Shown piece after piece: positions 10,528 to 20,665 of a stretch of DNA of 64,000 bases. The number at the start of each line of letters is the position of its first letter. Position 1 is the first letter of the stretch. Under the pieces are notes generated by a model. It made no database searches. It was not told the DNA's origin and saw only the letters and a program-made list of their open reading frames with translations. Source of the DNA: an uncultured Flavobacteriaceae bacterium (GTDB lineage: Bacteria > Bacteroidota > Bacteroidia > Flavobacteriales > Flavobacteriaceae); the NCBI GenBank assembly GCA_905181825.1, contig CAJIZJ010000022.1, forward strand, positions 10,794-74,793. The letters are read 5' to 3'. The position numbers and the translations under genes are program-made.

Positions 10528-11718
10528 ATGAAACAAGCATATATCGTTAAAGCGTATAGAACCGCTGTTGGTAAAGCTCCAAAAGGGGTCTTCCGTTTTA
10601 AAAGAACAGACGAATTAGCCGCAGAAACCATCAAGTACATGATGAATGAACTGCCAAATTTAGACCCAAAACGTATTGACGACGTTATTGTGGGTAACGC
10701 GATGCCAGAAGGATCACAAGGATTAAACATGGCAAGACTTATCTCTTTAATGGGACTAGACATTGTAGATGTCCCAGGAGTAACCGTGAACCGTTTTTGT
10801 TCATCAGGAATAGAAACAATTGGAATGGCTACCGCAAAAATTCAAGCTGGAATGGCTGACTGTATCATTGCAGGAGGCGCTGAAAGCATGAGTAGTGTGC
10901 CAATGACAGGCTATAAACCAGAACTTAACTATGACATTATAAAAGCGGGGCACGAAGATTATTATTGGGGAATGGGAAATACCGCCGAAGCAGTTGCAAA
11001 CCAATTCAAAGTTTCAAGAGAAGATCAAGACGAATTTGCTTATAATTCGCATATGAAATCATTAAGAGCCCAAGCTGAAAACCGTTTTCAGGATCAGATC
11101 GTACCTATTGAAGTAGTGCAAAACTATATTGATTCAAATGGCAAAAAAGCATCCAAGTCATATACGGTCACTAAAGATGAAGGTCCAAGAGCTGGAACGA
11201 GTAAAGAAGCCCTAGCGAAGCTAAGAGCCGTTTTTGCCGCTGGCGGAAGTGTGACAGCAGGTAATTCATCACAAATGAGTGATGGTGCCGCTTTTGTCAT
11301 GGTAATGAGTGAAGCGATGGTTAAAGAATTAAATCTGGAACCAATCGCACGATTGGTAAATTATGCTGCTGCTGGAGTAGAACCAAGAATTATGGGTATT
11401 GGTCCTGTAAAAGCAATCCCAAAAGCCTTAAAGCAAGCAGGACTAAAACAAGAAGACCTTTCGTTAATTGAACTAAATGAAGCATTTGCTTCTCAATCAT
11501 TGGCCGTTATTCGTGAACTAGACCTAAATCCAGATATTATAAACCCTAACGGAGGGGCTATTTCCTTGGGCCATCCTTTAGGCTGTACTGGTGCCAAACT
11601 ATCAGTTCAGTTATTTGATGAAATGCGCAAGCAACAAATGCACGGGAAATACGGAGCAGTAACTATGTGCGTAGGTACAGGTCAGGGCGCTTGTGGGATT
11701 TTTGAATTTTTAAACTAA
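10528..11718 (+). CDS. fadA: Acetyl-CoA C-acyltransferase (3-ketoacyl-CoA thiolase)
   Basis: NRFCSSG, ELNEAFA, GHPLGCTG and CVGTGQG thiolase motifs. Confidence 0.95.
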   Translation: MKQAYIVKAYRTAVGKAPKGVFRFKRTDELAAETIKYMMNELPNLDPKRIDDVIVGNAMPEGSQGLNMARLISLMGLDIVDVPGVTVNRFCSSGIETIGMATAKIQAGMADCIIAGGAESMSSVPMTGYKPELNYDIIKAGHEDYYWGMGNTAEAVANQFKVSREDQDEFAYNSHMKSLRAQAENRFQDQIVPIEVVQNYIDSNGKKASKSYTVTKDEGPRAGTSKEALAKLRAVFAAGGSVTAGNSSQMSDGAAFVMVMSEAMVKELNLEPIARLVNYAAAGVEPRIMGIGPVKAIPKALKQAGLKQEDLSLIELNEAFASQSLAVIRELDLNPDIINPNGGAISLGHPLGCTGAKLSVQLFDEMRKQQMHGKYGAVTMCVGTGQGACGIFEFLN

Positions 11719-11743
11719 AAAAAACTTAATATAATATTATAGA

Positions 11744-13552
11744 ATGGCAGATATAGAAAAAGACATCTTACGAGGAGGTCAATTTTTAGTAAAAGAAACA
11801 AACTGTGAAGATGTGTTTACTCCTGAAGATTTCTCAGAAGAGCAAACAATGATGAAAGAATCAGTGATGGAATTTAACGATCGTGAAATTATTCCTCACA
11901 AGGCACGCTTTGAAGCTAAAGACTTTGCACTCACCGAGGACGTTATGCGAAAAGCAGGCGATATGGGGTTTTTAAGTGTCGCAGTTCCTGAAGCCTATGG
12001 AGGTATGGGAATGGGGTTTGTATCAACTGTATTAACCTGTGACTATATTTCAAGTGGAACGGGTTCTTTTAGTACTGCTTTTGGTGCGCATACAGGCATT
12101 GGAACAATGCCAATAACTTTATATGGTACGGATGAACAGAAATTAAAATATGTACCAAAATTAGCCTCAGGGGAATGGTTTGGAGCCTATTGCCTCACTG
12201 AACCTGGAGCAGGATCTGATGCTAATTCTGGTAAAACAATAGCTAAGCTTTCTGAAGATGGAAAAACATACAAGATAAATGGTCAAAAAATGTGGATTTC
12301 AAATGCTGGTTTCTGCAGTGTAATGATTGTTTTTGCCCGTATTGAAGATGATAAAAACATTACCGGTTTTATTGTTGAATATGATGGTACTAACCCCAAC
12401 GGGATTACCTTAGGAGAAGAAGAACACAAACTTGGGATTCGCGCATCCTCAACACGTCAAGTATTTTTTAATGATACGGTTGTCCCTGCTGAAAATATGT
12501 TAGCGGGTCGTGGTGAAGGATTTAAAATTGCAATGAATTCACTAAATGTAGGGCGCATCAAATTAGCAGCTGCCTGTCTAGATTCTCAAAGACGAATTAT
12601 AAATATCGCAGTTAAGTATGCCAAAGAACGCCAACAATTTAATACTCCTATTGCAGATTTTGGTGCCATTAAGGTAAAATTAGCTGAGATGGCAGCTAGT
12701 GCATATGCAGGAGAATCTGCTACCTACAGAGCTGCTAAAGATATTGAAGATCGTATTGCCATACGTGAAGCTGCTGGAAACACACATCAAGAGGCCGAGC
12801 TTAAAGGAGTTGAAGAATACGCTATTGAGTGCTCGATATTAAAAGTAGCCGTTTCTGAGGATGTGCAAAACTGTGCTGATGAAGGGATTCAAATTTTTGG
12901 TGGTATGGGATTTTCAGAAGAAACACCTATGGAATCCGCATGGAGAGATGCTAGAATTGCACGTATTTACGAAGGTACCAATGAAATTAATAGAATGCTT
13001 TCTGTTGGAATGTTAGTCAAAAAAGCAATGAAAGGACATATAGATTTATTAGGTCCTGCTTCAAAAGTTCAAGACGAACTAATGGGCATTCCTTCGTTTG
13101 AAACCTCTGATTACTCTGAGTTATTTTCTGAGGAAAAAGAAATGATAAAGAAATTGAAAAAGACATTTTTAATGGTTGCGGGGGGAGCAGTACAAAAATA
13201 TGGTCCTCAACTAGAAGACCATCAACAATTATTAATTGCTGCAGCGGACATTTTAATTGAAATCTATATGGCAGAATCTGCTGTTTTAAGGACTGAAAAA
13301 AATGTGAAGCGTACAAGTGAAAAAGAACAGTCTGCACAAATCGCTATGGCTAAATTATATTTATACCATGCTGTGGATATCGTTGAAGAAAAAGGAAAAG
13401 AAAGTATTATTTCTTTTGCTGAGGGAGATGAACAACGGATGTTATTAATGGGATTAAAACGTTTTACAAAATATGCTAATTACCCAGACATTGTGGATTT
13501 ACGTATAGAAATTGCTGAGAAAGTAAAAGAGGAAAACAGCTATTGTTTCTAA
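11744..13552 (+). CDS. fadE: Acyl-CoA dehydrogenase (long, ~600 aa type)
   Basis: YCLTEPGAGSDA, INGQKMWISN, KLGIRASST, QIFGGMG, IYEGTNEINR. Confidence 0.93.
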   Translation: MADIEKDILRGGQFLVKETNCEDVFTPEDFSEEQTMMKESVMEFNDREIIPHKARFEAKDFALTEDVMRKAGDMGFLSVAVPEAYGGMGMGFVSTVLTCDYISSGTGSFSTAFGAHTGIGTMPITLYGTDEQKLKYVPKLASGEWFGAYCLTEPGAGSDANSGKTIAKLSEDGKTYKINGQKMWISNAGFCSVMIVFARIEDDKNITGFIVEYDGTNPNGITLGEEEHKLGIRASSTRQVFFNDTVVPAENMLAGRGEGFKIAMNSLNVGRIKLAAACLDSQRRIINIAVKYAKERQQFNTPIADFGAIKVKLAEMAASAYAGESATYRAAKDIEDRIAIREAAGNTHQEAELKGVEEYAIECSILKVAVSEDVQNCADEGIQIFGGMGFSEETPMESAWRDARIARIYEGTNEINRMLSVGMLVKKAMKGHIDLLGPASKVQDELMGIPSFETSDYSELFSEEKEMIKKLKKTFLMVAGGAVQKYGPQLEDHQQLLIAAADILIEIYMAESAVLRTEKNVKRTSEKEQSAQIAMAKLYLYHAVDIVEEKGKESIISFAEGDEQRMLLMGLKRFTKYANYPDIVDLRIEIAEKVKEENSYCF

Positions 13553-13574
13553 ATTTAATAGACTGATTACATTC

Positions 13575-13607
13575 AAAAAACGCCTCAATTAAATGAGGCG
13601 TTTTTTT
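13575..13607 (+). terminator. Intrinsic terminator of the fad operon
   Basis: AAAAAACGCCTCA-attaaa-TGAGGCGTTTTTTT hairpin with T tract. Confidence 0.88.
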
Positions 13608-13762
13608 ATTTATAAAATATAAGTCAGTGGAGTTTAATTTTAAAAAAAGATTAACTTTATAAAAATATATTTAAACCATTTATGTTTTATGGTCGGGTAA
13701 ATGAGTAAGCATAGAATTAGACTGTTTTACAAAAAAAATTCAAAATAAAAACCCAGATTATT

Positions 13763-15412
13763 ATGAAACTAATTTCCCAAATGACTCTTATACTATTTTT
13801 GTTCATTAGCAGCAATTTGGTTGGACAAGCTTTGTTTGCTGAAAAAGAAAATTTCACAAGACAAGACACTTTGAGAGGTAGTATCACAGCTGAACGTGAA
13901 TGGTGGGATTTAAATTATTACCATCTTGATATTTCTGTAAATCCAGAAACAAGATCTATTAAAGGGAAAAATACGATTCGATATACGATACTAGCCCCTT
14001 ATCAAACACTTCAAATAGACTTACAGCCCCCAATGAAGCTTACTAGAGCTATTCAAGATGGTGAGAAATTACAGGTACTATCTGAGGGAAATGCACACTT
14101 TATAAAATTAAAAAAACCACAAACTAAAATTGGGGGCATAGAAGAAATAGAAATTTATTATGAAGGACAGCCGCGGGAGGCCGTTAATGCGCCTTGGGAC
14201 GGAGGAATTTCCTGGAAGAAAGATGAAAACGGGACTGATTTTATTGCGTCTTCATGTCAGGGATTGGGAGCCAGTGTGTGGTGGCCAAACAAAGACCATA
14301 TGTACGATGAAGTAGACAGTATGAAAATCAGTGTCAATGTTCCTAAACAGCTAATGAATATATCCAACGGACGACTTGAATCAGTTGTGAAAAAGAATGA
14401 TGATACAACTACCTATCATTGGGTAGTCAAAAACCCTATTAACAATTATGGAGTAAATATTAATATTGGAGATTATGCTCATTTTTCAGAGATTTATCAA
14501 GGAGAAAAAGGGCCGTTAGACATGGATTATTATGTATTGAAAGACCACCTAGACAAAGCAATTGTTCATTTTAAGGATGCAGCAAAAATGATGAAAGCAT
14601 TTGAACACTGGTTTGGCCCCTACCCATTTTATGAAGATAGTTTCAAATTGGTGGAAGTGCCTTATTTAGGAATGGAACATCAAAGTTCGGTTACCTATGG
14701 AAATCAGTATAAAAAAGGGTATTTAGGTACAGACTTATCAGGAACGGGCTGGGGTTTAAAATTTGATTTTATAATTATCCATGAGTCTGGACATGAATGG
14801 TTTGCAAATAACATTACTTATAAAGATGCAGCAGACATGTGGATACACGAAGGATTTACAGCTTATTCAGAGAGTCTGTTTTTAGATTATTACTATGGAA
14901 CTAAAGCCGCTTCTGAGTATGTAATCGGCACAAGAAATAGTATTAGAAACGACAAGCCCATCATTGGACTTTATGATGTCAATTCTGAAGGGTCTTCGGA
15001 TATGTACTACAAAGGCGCTAACATGTTACACACCCTACGACAACTCATAAAGGATGATGAAAAATGGAGACAGATTCTAAGAGGTCTAAATTCCGAATTT
15101 CACCACCAAACAGTGACTACCAAACAAATTGAAACCTATATAATAGATGAATCTGGATTAGATTTAACCGCATTTTTTGACCAATATCTTCGTGACATTA
15201 GAATTCCAACATTTGAGTATCGTATAGTTGACTCTAAATTGAGCTACCGATGGACCCAAGTCGTTGATGGATTTGCTATGCCTATTGAAATAGAGATTGA
15301 AAATGAAAAAAAATGGCTTTATCCGTCTAAAGAATGGCAAGAAATTAAAATAAATTCGTCTGAGATAAAAGTAAATATTAATTATTTTATCAAAAATAAA
15401 AAAGTACAATAG
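13763..15412 (+). CDS. M1-family zinc aminopeptidase, exported
   Basis: Signal peptide; GMEH exopeptidase motif; HESGHEW...WIHEG (HEXXH-X18-E); YYKGA. Confidence 0.92.
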   Translation: MKLISQMTLILFLFISSNLVGQALFAEKENFTRQDTLRGSITAEREWWDLNYYHLDISVNPETRSIKGKNTIRYTILAPYQTLQIDLQPPMKLTRAIQDGEKLQVLSEGNAHFIKLKKPQTKIGGIEEIEIYYEGQPREAVNAPWDGGISWKKDENGTDFIASSCQGLGASVWWPNKDHMYDEVDSMKISVNVPKQLMNISNGRLESVVKKNDDTTTYHWVVKNPINNYGVNINIGDYAHFSEIYQGEKGPLDMDYYVLKDHLDKAIVHFKDAAKMMKAFEHWFGPYPFYEDSFKLVEVPYLGMEHQSSVTYGNQYKKGYLGTDLSGTGWGLKFDFIIIHESGHEWFANNITYKDAADMWIHEGFTAYSESLFLDYYYGTKAASEYVIGTRNSIRNDKPIIGLYDVNSEGSSDMYYKGANMLHTLRQLIKDDEKWRQILRGLNSEFHHQTVTTKQIETYIIDESGLDLTAFFDQYLRDIRIPTFEYRIVDSKLSYRWTQVVDGFAMPIEIEIENEKKWLYPSKEWQEIKINSSEIKVNINYFIKNKKVQ

Positions 15413-15620
15413 TAAAATAAAAATATCAAGAAGCATTAAAAAACAATTTGAAAATTAACCCCTGTCATTTTAAAATGATTAGCGAACATTTCAAAAAGGA
15501 ATAGACTCTATAAAGGTTAGTCCTTTTACCCCATAAAAACCTTTAAAATAAATAAACAGAAATCTTAGATCGATCTTGAAATATTTTAACTAATTTTAAA
15601 TAAACAAATTACATATAATT

Positions 15621-16205
15621 ATGAAGAACTTAATCTTACTAATAACTATCATTTTGACTACAAGTGCATGTAAATCAGAAGTGAAAAAAACAATAGACAG
15701 TTCTACTGAAAATTCAACATCAGGAATGAAAATAGAAATAAAGGAAGAATCACGTTCTTTATTTATCGATTTAATCCCAAAAAATGACAGTGGAATAATT
15801 GCAAAGGCTAAATTTGAAGAGACAAGTGGAGTTGTTTTAATGACTGTGAAAACTAGAGGGCTGACTAAAGGTACTCACGCTATTCACATTCATGAAAAAA
15901 GTGACTGTTCATCAGAGGATGGCAAGTCCGCTGGAGGACACTGGAACCCTACGGCAAAACCACATGGAAAGTGGGGATCTGAAAAAGGATATCACAAAGG
16001 AGATATTGGAAATTTTGAAGTGAAAAGTTCTGATGAAGATACTGTTATTGAATTTAAAAGTGATGAATGGTGTATTGGATGTGATGACCCTAACAAAAAT
16101 ATATTAGGGAAAGGTATTATTATTCACCAAGGAAAAGATGACTTTACTTCTCAACCTTCTGGTGCCGCAGGTAGCCGCGTGAGTTGTGGCGGTATTATAG
16201 AATAA
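15621..16205 (+). CDS. sodC: Cu/Zn superoxide dismutase, lipoprotein
   Basis: Lipobox TSAC; HAIHIHE, SAGGHWNP, HG, HKGDIGN, IIIHQG, GAAGSRVSCG. Confidence 0.93.
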   Translation: MKNLILLITIILTTSACKSEVKKTIDSSTENSTSGMKIEIKEESRSLFIDLIPKNDSGIIAKAKFEETSGVVLMTVKTRGLTKGTHAIHIHEKSDCSSEDGKSAGGHWNPTAKPHGKWGSEKGYHKGDIGNFEVKSSDEDTVIEFKSDEWCIGCDDPNKNILGKGIIIHQGKDDFTSQPSGAAGSRVSCGGIIE

Positions 16206-16226
16206 ATTAATTTTAAGTTAACTTCT

Positions 16227-16256
16227 AAAAAGCTACTTAAAACAAGTAGCTTTTTT
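16227..16256 (+). terminator. Intrinsic terminator after sodC
   Basis: AAAAAGCTACTT-aaaac-AAGTAGCTTTTTT. Confidence 0.85.
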
Positions 16257-16280
16257 AATTTCATATTAAAGATTATAAAA

Positions 16281-17438
16281 ATGAACCCATCAGGAAGAGG
16301 TTGGATAACTAAACTTTTAAAACTTATAAAGAGTGGACACCCGGAAGGATTTGATTCTTTAGAGGTACTGTATTTAAAACTAAGAGATGTTGGTTTTTTG
16401 TACGGAAGTAATGTAGCTACATTGAACTACCTAAAAGATAGCTCTGATTATACAAAAGAAGAACGCTGTAAGATTAATTTATTAATTGCTTTCTATAGTG
16501 TTCATACAAATTCAGAGTCACCTGAGACATTTGAAACCAGTTTAATAGATTTTTACAAAGAAATTAACTTTTATGAATCCAGTTTAATGAATGATTTGCT
16601 AGGAGAAAACTTGGAATCTATTCTTCACAAACGTATTCATATCGATAATAATATACTTACAAAAAACTTTAGTTTTTTTATAACGAATGCCCTACTCTTC
16701 ATAGACGTGATGGCATATGAATATTATTTAAAGAATAAAACAAACACATTAGATTACTTAAAACACTGTGAGAGTTCTATACAAACGTTAGTAGTAAGTG
16801 CATTAAATTCTAAAGAGAAAAAAACATCTTATGATTTGAGTTTAATGAAGCTTTTAGAATCTTCTCTTCGATATAATGACAGAACTTCACAAAACTATAT
16901 GACTATCATTGATTCTGTGGAATCAAAACTAGAAGCGTATTATTATTTAGATTTAGCTTGTATGTCTACATGGACTGATTTAAAATTTGAATCAAAAGAA
17001 GCAAACTTTTTGAATAAATTAGGCAAAGACCTTAAAATATCAGAACCAATTATTAATGAGTGTAAAAATGCAGTCAGATTATTTTATAAAACTCACAAAA
17101 ATAATATGGCTCTATTAAGCTCTAAGAATATTGTACATAGTTTTTACGACAATTCTAGCCTGATTGTTAGTAAACTTATTTCAAGGAATAGCAAACGCTT
17201 GTATAAAGAACTAAAAGAAAGTAAAGACTTGGTGCTGTTACTCAGTCAATCAACGCTTAGAGACCTTAATGAAGAGGAGCAAAAGCAAATGCAAGAACAA
17301 CTTTTGGATATCTTAAAATCAATTCCAAGTTTAGCAATATTCATGCTTCCTGGTGGGGCCATTTTACTACCGTTATTTATAAAGTTTATTCCTAAACTAT
17401 TGCCTTCTGCATTTGATGAAAATAGAATAAATGATTAA
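16281..17438 (+). CDS. Flavobacterial LETM1-related protein
   Basis: N-terminus MNPSGRGWI; C-terminal QLLDILKSIPSLAIFMLPGGAILLPLFIKFIPKLLPSAF resembles the LETM1 membrane segment (ends LPS.F). Confidence 0.75.
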   Translation: MNPSGRGWITKLLKLIKSGHPEGFDSLEVLYLKLRDVGFLYGSNVATLNYLKDSSDYTKEERCKINLLIAFYSVHTNSESPETFETSLIDFYKEINFYESSLMNDLLGENLESILHKRIHIDNNILTKNFSFFITNALLFIDVMAYEYYLKNKTNTLDYLKHCESSIQTLVVSALNSKEKKTSYDLSLMKLLESSLRYNDRTSQNYMTIIDSVESKLEAYYYLDLACMSTWTDLKFESKEANFLNKLGKDLKISEPIINECKNAVRLFYKTHKNNMALLSSKNIVHSFYDNSSLIVSKLISRNSKRLYKELKESKDLVLLLSQSTLRDLNEEEQKQMQEQLLDILKSIPSLAIFMLPGGAILLPLFIKFIPKLLPSAFDENRIND

Positions 17439-17463
17439 CTCATAAAAATACTACCTTTGAAGC

Positions 17464-17721
17464 ATGGGATTAAATAACAATGATATATTTAAAAAACTTA
17501 GAGTCGCTCACAAATTAAGAGATGATGATATAGTTAAGATTTGCAGTTTAAAAGACTTTAAAATCACTAAAAGTGAACTTAATGCAATTTTCAGAAACGA
17601 AAGCCACCCAAAATATATGGAGTGTGGAGATCAATTTTTAAGAAATTTTTTAGATGGCCTCATCATTCACTTAAGAGGACCAATGCCTTCAAAAGATTCA
17701 AAACTGCCTATTAAAAAATAA
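17464..17721 (+). CDS. DUF1456 (YehS-like) protein
   Basis: NNNDIFKKLR.A..L...D.FLRNFLDGLI..LRG pattern. Confidence 0.8.
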   Translation: MGLNNNDIFKKLRVAHKLRDDDIVKICSLKDFKITKSELNAIFRNESHPKYMECGDQFLRNFLDGLIIHLRGPMPSKDSKLPIKK

Positions 17722-17726
17722 TAGAC

Positions 17727-18611
17727 ATGAAAAAGTTTTTTATAATCTGTGGGTTAATAGTTATACTTATAAGTTGTGGGAAAATAGAAAATAGTCCTCT
17801 TTTAAGCGCAGACTATTTGAAAACTTTAAAAGAGAATCAAGAAGAAAGAGCTCAAAACCGAATTGGCTACTTAGAACTGGCAGGCTTATTCAAATTAGAC
17901 TCCACAAGTAATACTTTTGGTAAAAACCATTCCAATAAATTTATATTAGATATTAATTACCTTCCTTCAAAATTAGGTACCATCGTACTAACTAAACAAG
18001 GACTCTCGTTTAAATCTGAGGGAAATAGCTATATTACTGATGAATCTGGGTATGAAGTAATTTCTATTAATCTTGATATTGATGCGAACGGGAATTCTAT
18101 TAAACTGTATCACAAATTTCTTAAATGGCAAGTTATCACGCGTTCTGGAGACCTATACTTAAGAGTTTGGGACACTAAAAATCCCGCCATAAAAGCTTTC
18201 AAAGGTTTTAAAAACTATGAAGCCAATGCTGCGTTTGTCTTAAAAGGAGACTTTAAATACTTCAAAGCTAAACATACAGAGTCTGTTAGCTCAAAACTAG
18301 GAATCAATGATTTTACTGATTTTATCGGAAAAGTTGAATTTAACTTCAAAGAACAGTCATATACTTTAGATGTAGGAAGCCAAGGGTTTACAATGGTAGG
18401 GGATCTTACATCTGGAGAATCCAGCTACGGAGTTGGACGCTACCTGTACCTAGAATTGCCTGAAACAGACGGAGAGATACGTTTAGACTTCAACTACCTA
18501 TTTAATCCTCCCTGTGCTTTTTCAGCGTTTACAACCTGCCTATTCCCTCCTAGCCAAAATCAATTACCAATTAAAATTGAAGCAGGCGAACGTATTGAAA
18601 AAGCACTTTAA
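17727..18611 (+). CDS. DUF1684-family lipoprotein
   Basis: Lipobox LISC; DLTSGESSYGVGRYL, LDFNYLFNPPCAFS.FTTC.FPP..N.LPI.IEAGE. Confidence 0.85.
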   Translation: MKKFFIICGLIVILISCGKIENSPLLSADYLKTLKENQEERAQNRIGYLELAGLFKLDSTSNTFGKNHSNKFILDINYLPSKLGTIVLTKQGLSFKSEGNSYITDESGYEVISINLDIDANGNSIKLYHKFLKWQVITRSGDLYLRVWDTKNPAIKAFKGFKNYEANAAFVLKGDFKYFKAKHTESVSSKLGINDFTDFIGKVEFNFKEQSYTLDVGSQGFTMVGDLTSGESSYGVGRYLYLELPETDGEIRLDFNYLFNPPCAFSAFTTCLFPPSQNQLPIKIEAGERIEKAL

Positions 18612-18676
18612 TTATTGATATTGAGTGTAACAAATCACAACTTTAGTATACTAACTATTGAATTAACCAACCACTA

Positions 18677-19171
18677 TTGAAATCAGACTCGGAACATAAC
18701 TTTGTTGAGCTTTTGCAAAAGCATCAAAACATCGTACATAAAATCTGTAGAATTTACTCAGATAATGAGCACGCGCACAAAGATTTGTTTCAAGAGATAA
18801 GTATTCAATTATGGAAAGCATTTCCTAAATTTAGAGGAGACTCAAAATTTAGCACGTGGATGTATAGAGTAGGATTAAATACGGCAATCACCTTATATCG
18901 AAAATCGTTACGAACGATAAAAAGTCAACCTATTGAATCGGTTGCTTATAAACTAGCTTATCAAGATTATGACGATACGAAAGATCAGCAACTAAAAATG
19001 ATATATACAGCTGTTAAAAAACTGAATGATATTGATAAAGGAATTGTTTTCTTGTATTTAGAGAATAAAAACTATAAAGAAATTAGCGATACTCTAGGTA
19101 TTAGCGAGGTCAATGCACGTGTACGTATGAATCGTATCAAAACAAAATTAAAAACTCAATTAAATGCTTAA
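18677..19171 (+). CDS. ECF RNA polymerase sigma factor (TTG start)
   Basis: DLFQEI..QLWK, KFSTWMYRVGLNT (region 2); YKEISDTLGISEVNARVRMNRIK (region 4). Confidence 0.92.
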   Translation: MKSDSEHNFVELLQKHQNIVHKICRIYSDNEHAHKDLFQEISIQLWKAFPKFRGDSKFSTWMYRVGLNTAITLYRKSLRTIKSQPIESVAYKLAYQDYDDTKDQQLKMIYTAVKKLNDIDKGIVFLYLENKNYKEISDTLGISEVNARVRMNRIKTKLKTQLNA

Positions 19172-19173
19172 TT

Positions 19174-19830
19174 ATGGATGAATTAGAGCTATTAAAAAAA
19201 GATTGGGATAAGTCTAAAAAAAACTACCCAAATCTAAGTAAAGAAGAAATTTATAATCTAATATCTAAAAGATCTTCCTCAATCGTAAAATGGATTTTTA
19301 TAATTAGTGTTTTAGAATTTAGTCTTTGGACACTTCTTAGCTTTAGTTTTGATGGCTCTTCTGAAGCATATGAAAAAATAGAAAGTTATGGATATGAATT
19401 CATAATCTATCCGTTAGTTGGTATTAGCTATATCATCCTTTTCGTTTTTATGTTTTTGTTTTATAAAAACTATAAAAATATTTCTGTTACAGAAAACACA
19501 AAAGTGCTTATGGAGCGGATCTTAAAGACACGAAAAACGGTTAAATACTATGTGATTTATAATCTTACCTTTATGTGTCTTGGTATTCCCCTAGCAGTAA
19601 TTATGGAGCTGTCAAGTAATCCTGAAACACAAATTTTGATATCTGACATTAAATCTGAAGGCGAGAATAACATCTATATATTTTACCTAATTGTGGCTGT
19701 TCTCAGCCTTATTGCTATGGCTCTTATAACAATATTATTCTTAGGATTTTACTATCTTATTTACGGCCTCTTATTGAAGCGTTTAAAGATAAATTATAAA
19801 GAACTTAAGAAAATAGTTGATGTAGAATAG
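19174..19830 (+). CDS. Membrane protein coupled to the ECF sigma factor (putative anti-sigma)
   Basis: Starts 2 nt after the sigma stop; MDELELLKKDW N-terminus and about four hydrophobic helices. Confidence 0.65.
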   Translation: MDELELLKKDWDKSKKNYPNLSKEEIYNLISKRSSSIVKWIFIISVLEFSLWTLLSFSFDGSSEAYEKIESYGYEFIIYPLVGISYIILFVFMFLFYKNYKNISVTENTKVLMERILKTRKTVKYYVIYNLTFMCLGIPLAVIMELSSNPETQILISDIKSEGENNIYIFYLIVAVLSLIAMALITILFLGFYYLIYGLLLKRLKINYKELKKIVDVE

Positions 19831-19832
19831 GA

Positions 19833-20630
19833 CTACCAATCTCTTTTTTTATTGAGGGATTCATTTTCTAACAAGGCCTCTTTTGAAATCACTTTTAAAA
19901 ATGAAGAGTGCTGTTCGATCGCATACTCAATTTTTTCAACAATTTGATCAATAGACTCTACGTCATAGTCGATTTCCAAGGGTGCTTTTATCTCCATAGA
20001 CTGAAGAATATTCTTTTTCTTAATACGAATTCCTTTTTTATCAAATGAACGTCTAAACCCGTCTATCACAATCGGAACTACAATAGGCTTATAGCGTTTA
20101 ATAATATGCGCAGTTCCTTTACGAATTGGCTTAAAAGGAGTAGTTGTTCCTTGTGGAAACGTAATAACCCAACCGTCGTTGAGTGCCTTATTTATGTTAG
20201 ATATATCACTCATTTTGACTTGTCTATTAACATCCTCGCCAGATGACCTCCAAGTACGTTCAATACTTATGGATCCTGCGTAAGCAAATATCTTTGGAAG
20301 AAGTCCAGATTTCATTGTTTCTTTGGCAGCTACATAATAAATATTTAGCTTGGGATTCCATAGATAACCTACATTTTTAATATTATCGTCTCTACCGCTT
20401 AAGGCTGCATTAAATACATGAAACATCGCTACTACATCAGCAAAATATGTTTGGTGATTAGAAATAAATAAAACGTTTGTGTCTGGTAAATTTCTCAAAA
20501 TTTCTGAACCTTCAATTTGAAGCTCGTTAAATCCTCTATATCGTCGGTGACTTAAGGTTCCTAAAATGCGAATAATCCATTTTTTAAGGATTAAATATTG
20601 CCCGAATATGTTTTTTTTAAATAAACCCAT
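19833..20630 (-). CDS. Lysophospholipid/1-acylglycerol-3-phosphate acyltransferase family
   Basis: NHQTYFAD (HX4D) and FPQGT motifs. Confidence 0.88.
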   Translation of the reverse strand: MGLFKKNIFGQYLILKKWIIRILGTLSHRRYRGFNELQIEGSEILRNLPDTNVLFISNHQTYFADVVAMFHVFNAALSGRDDNIKNVGYLWNPKLNIYYVAAKETMKSGLLPKIFAYAGSISIERTWRSSGEDVNRQVKMSDISNINKALNDGWVITFPQGTTTPFKPIRKGTAHIIKRYKPIVVPIVIDGFRRSFDKKGIRIKKKNILQSMEIKAPLEIDYDVESIDQIVEKIEYAIEQHSSFLKVISKEALLENESLNKKRDW

Positions 20631-20665
20631 TTAAATTTTTGAAAAATTGATTTTGCAAACCTAAG

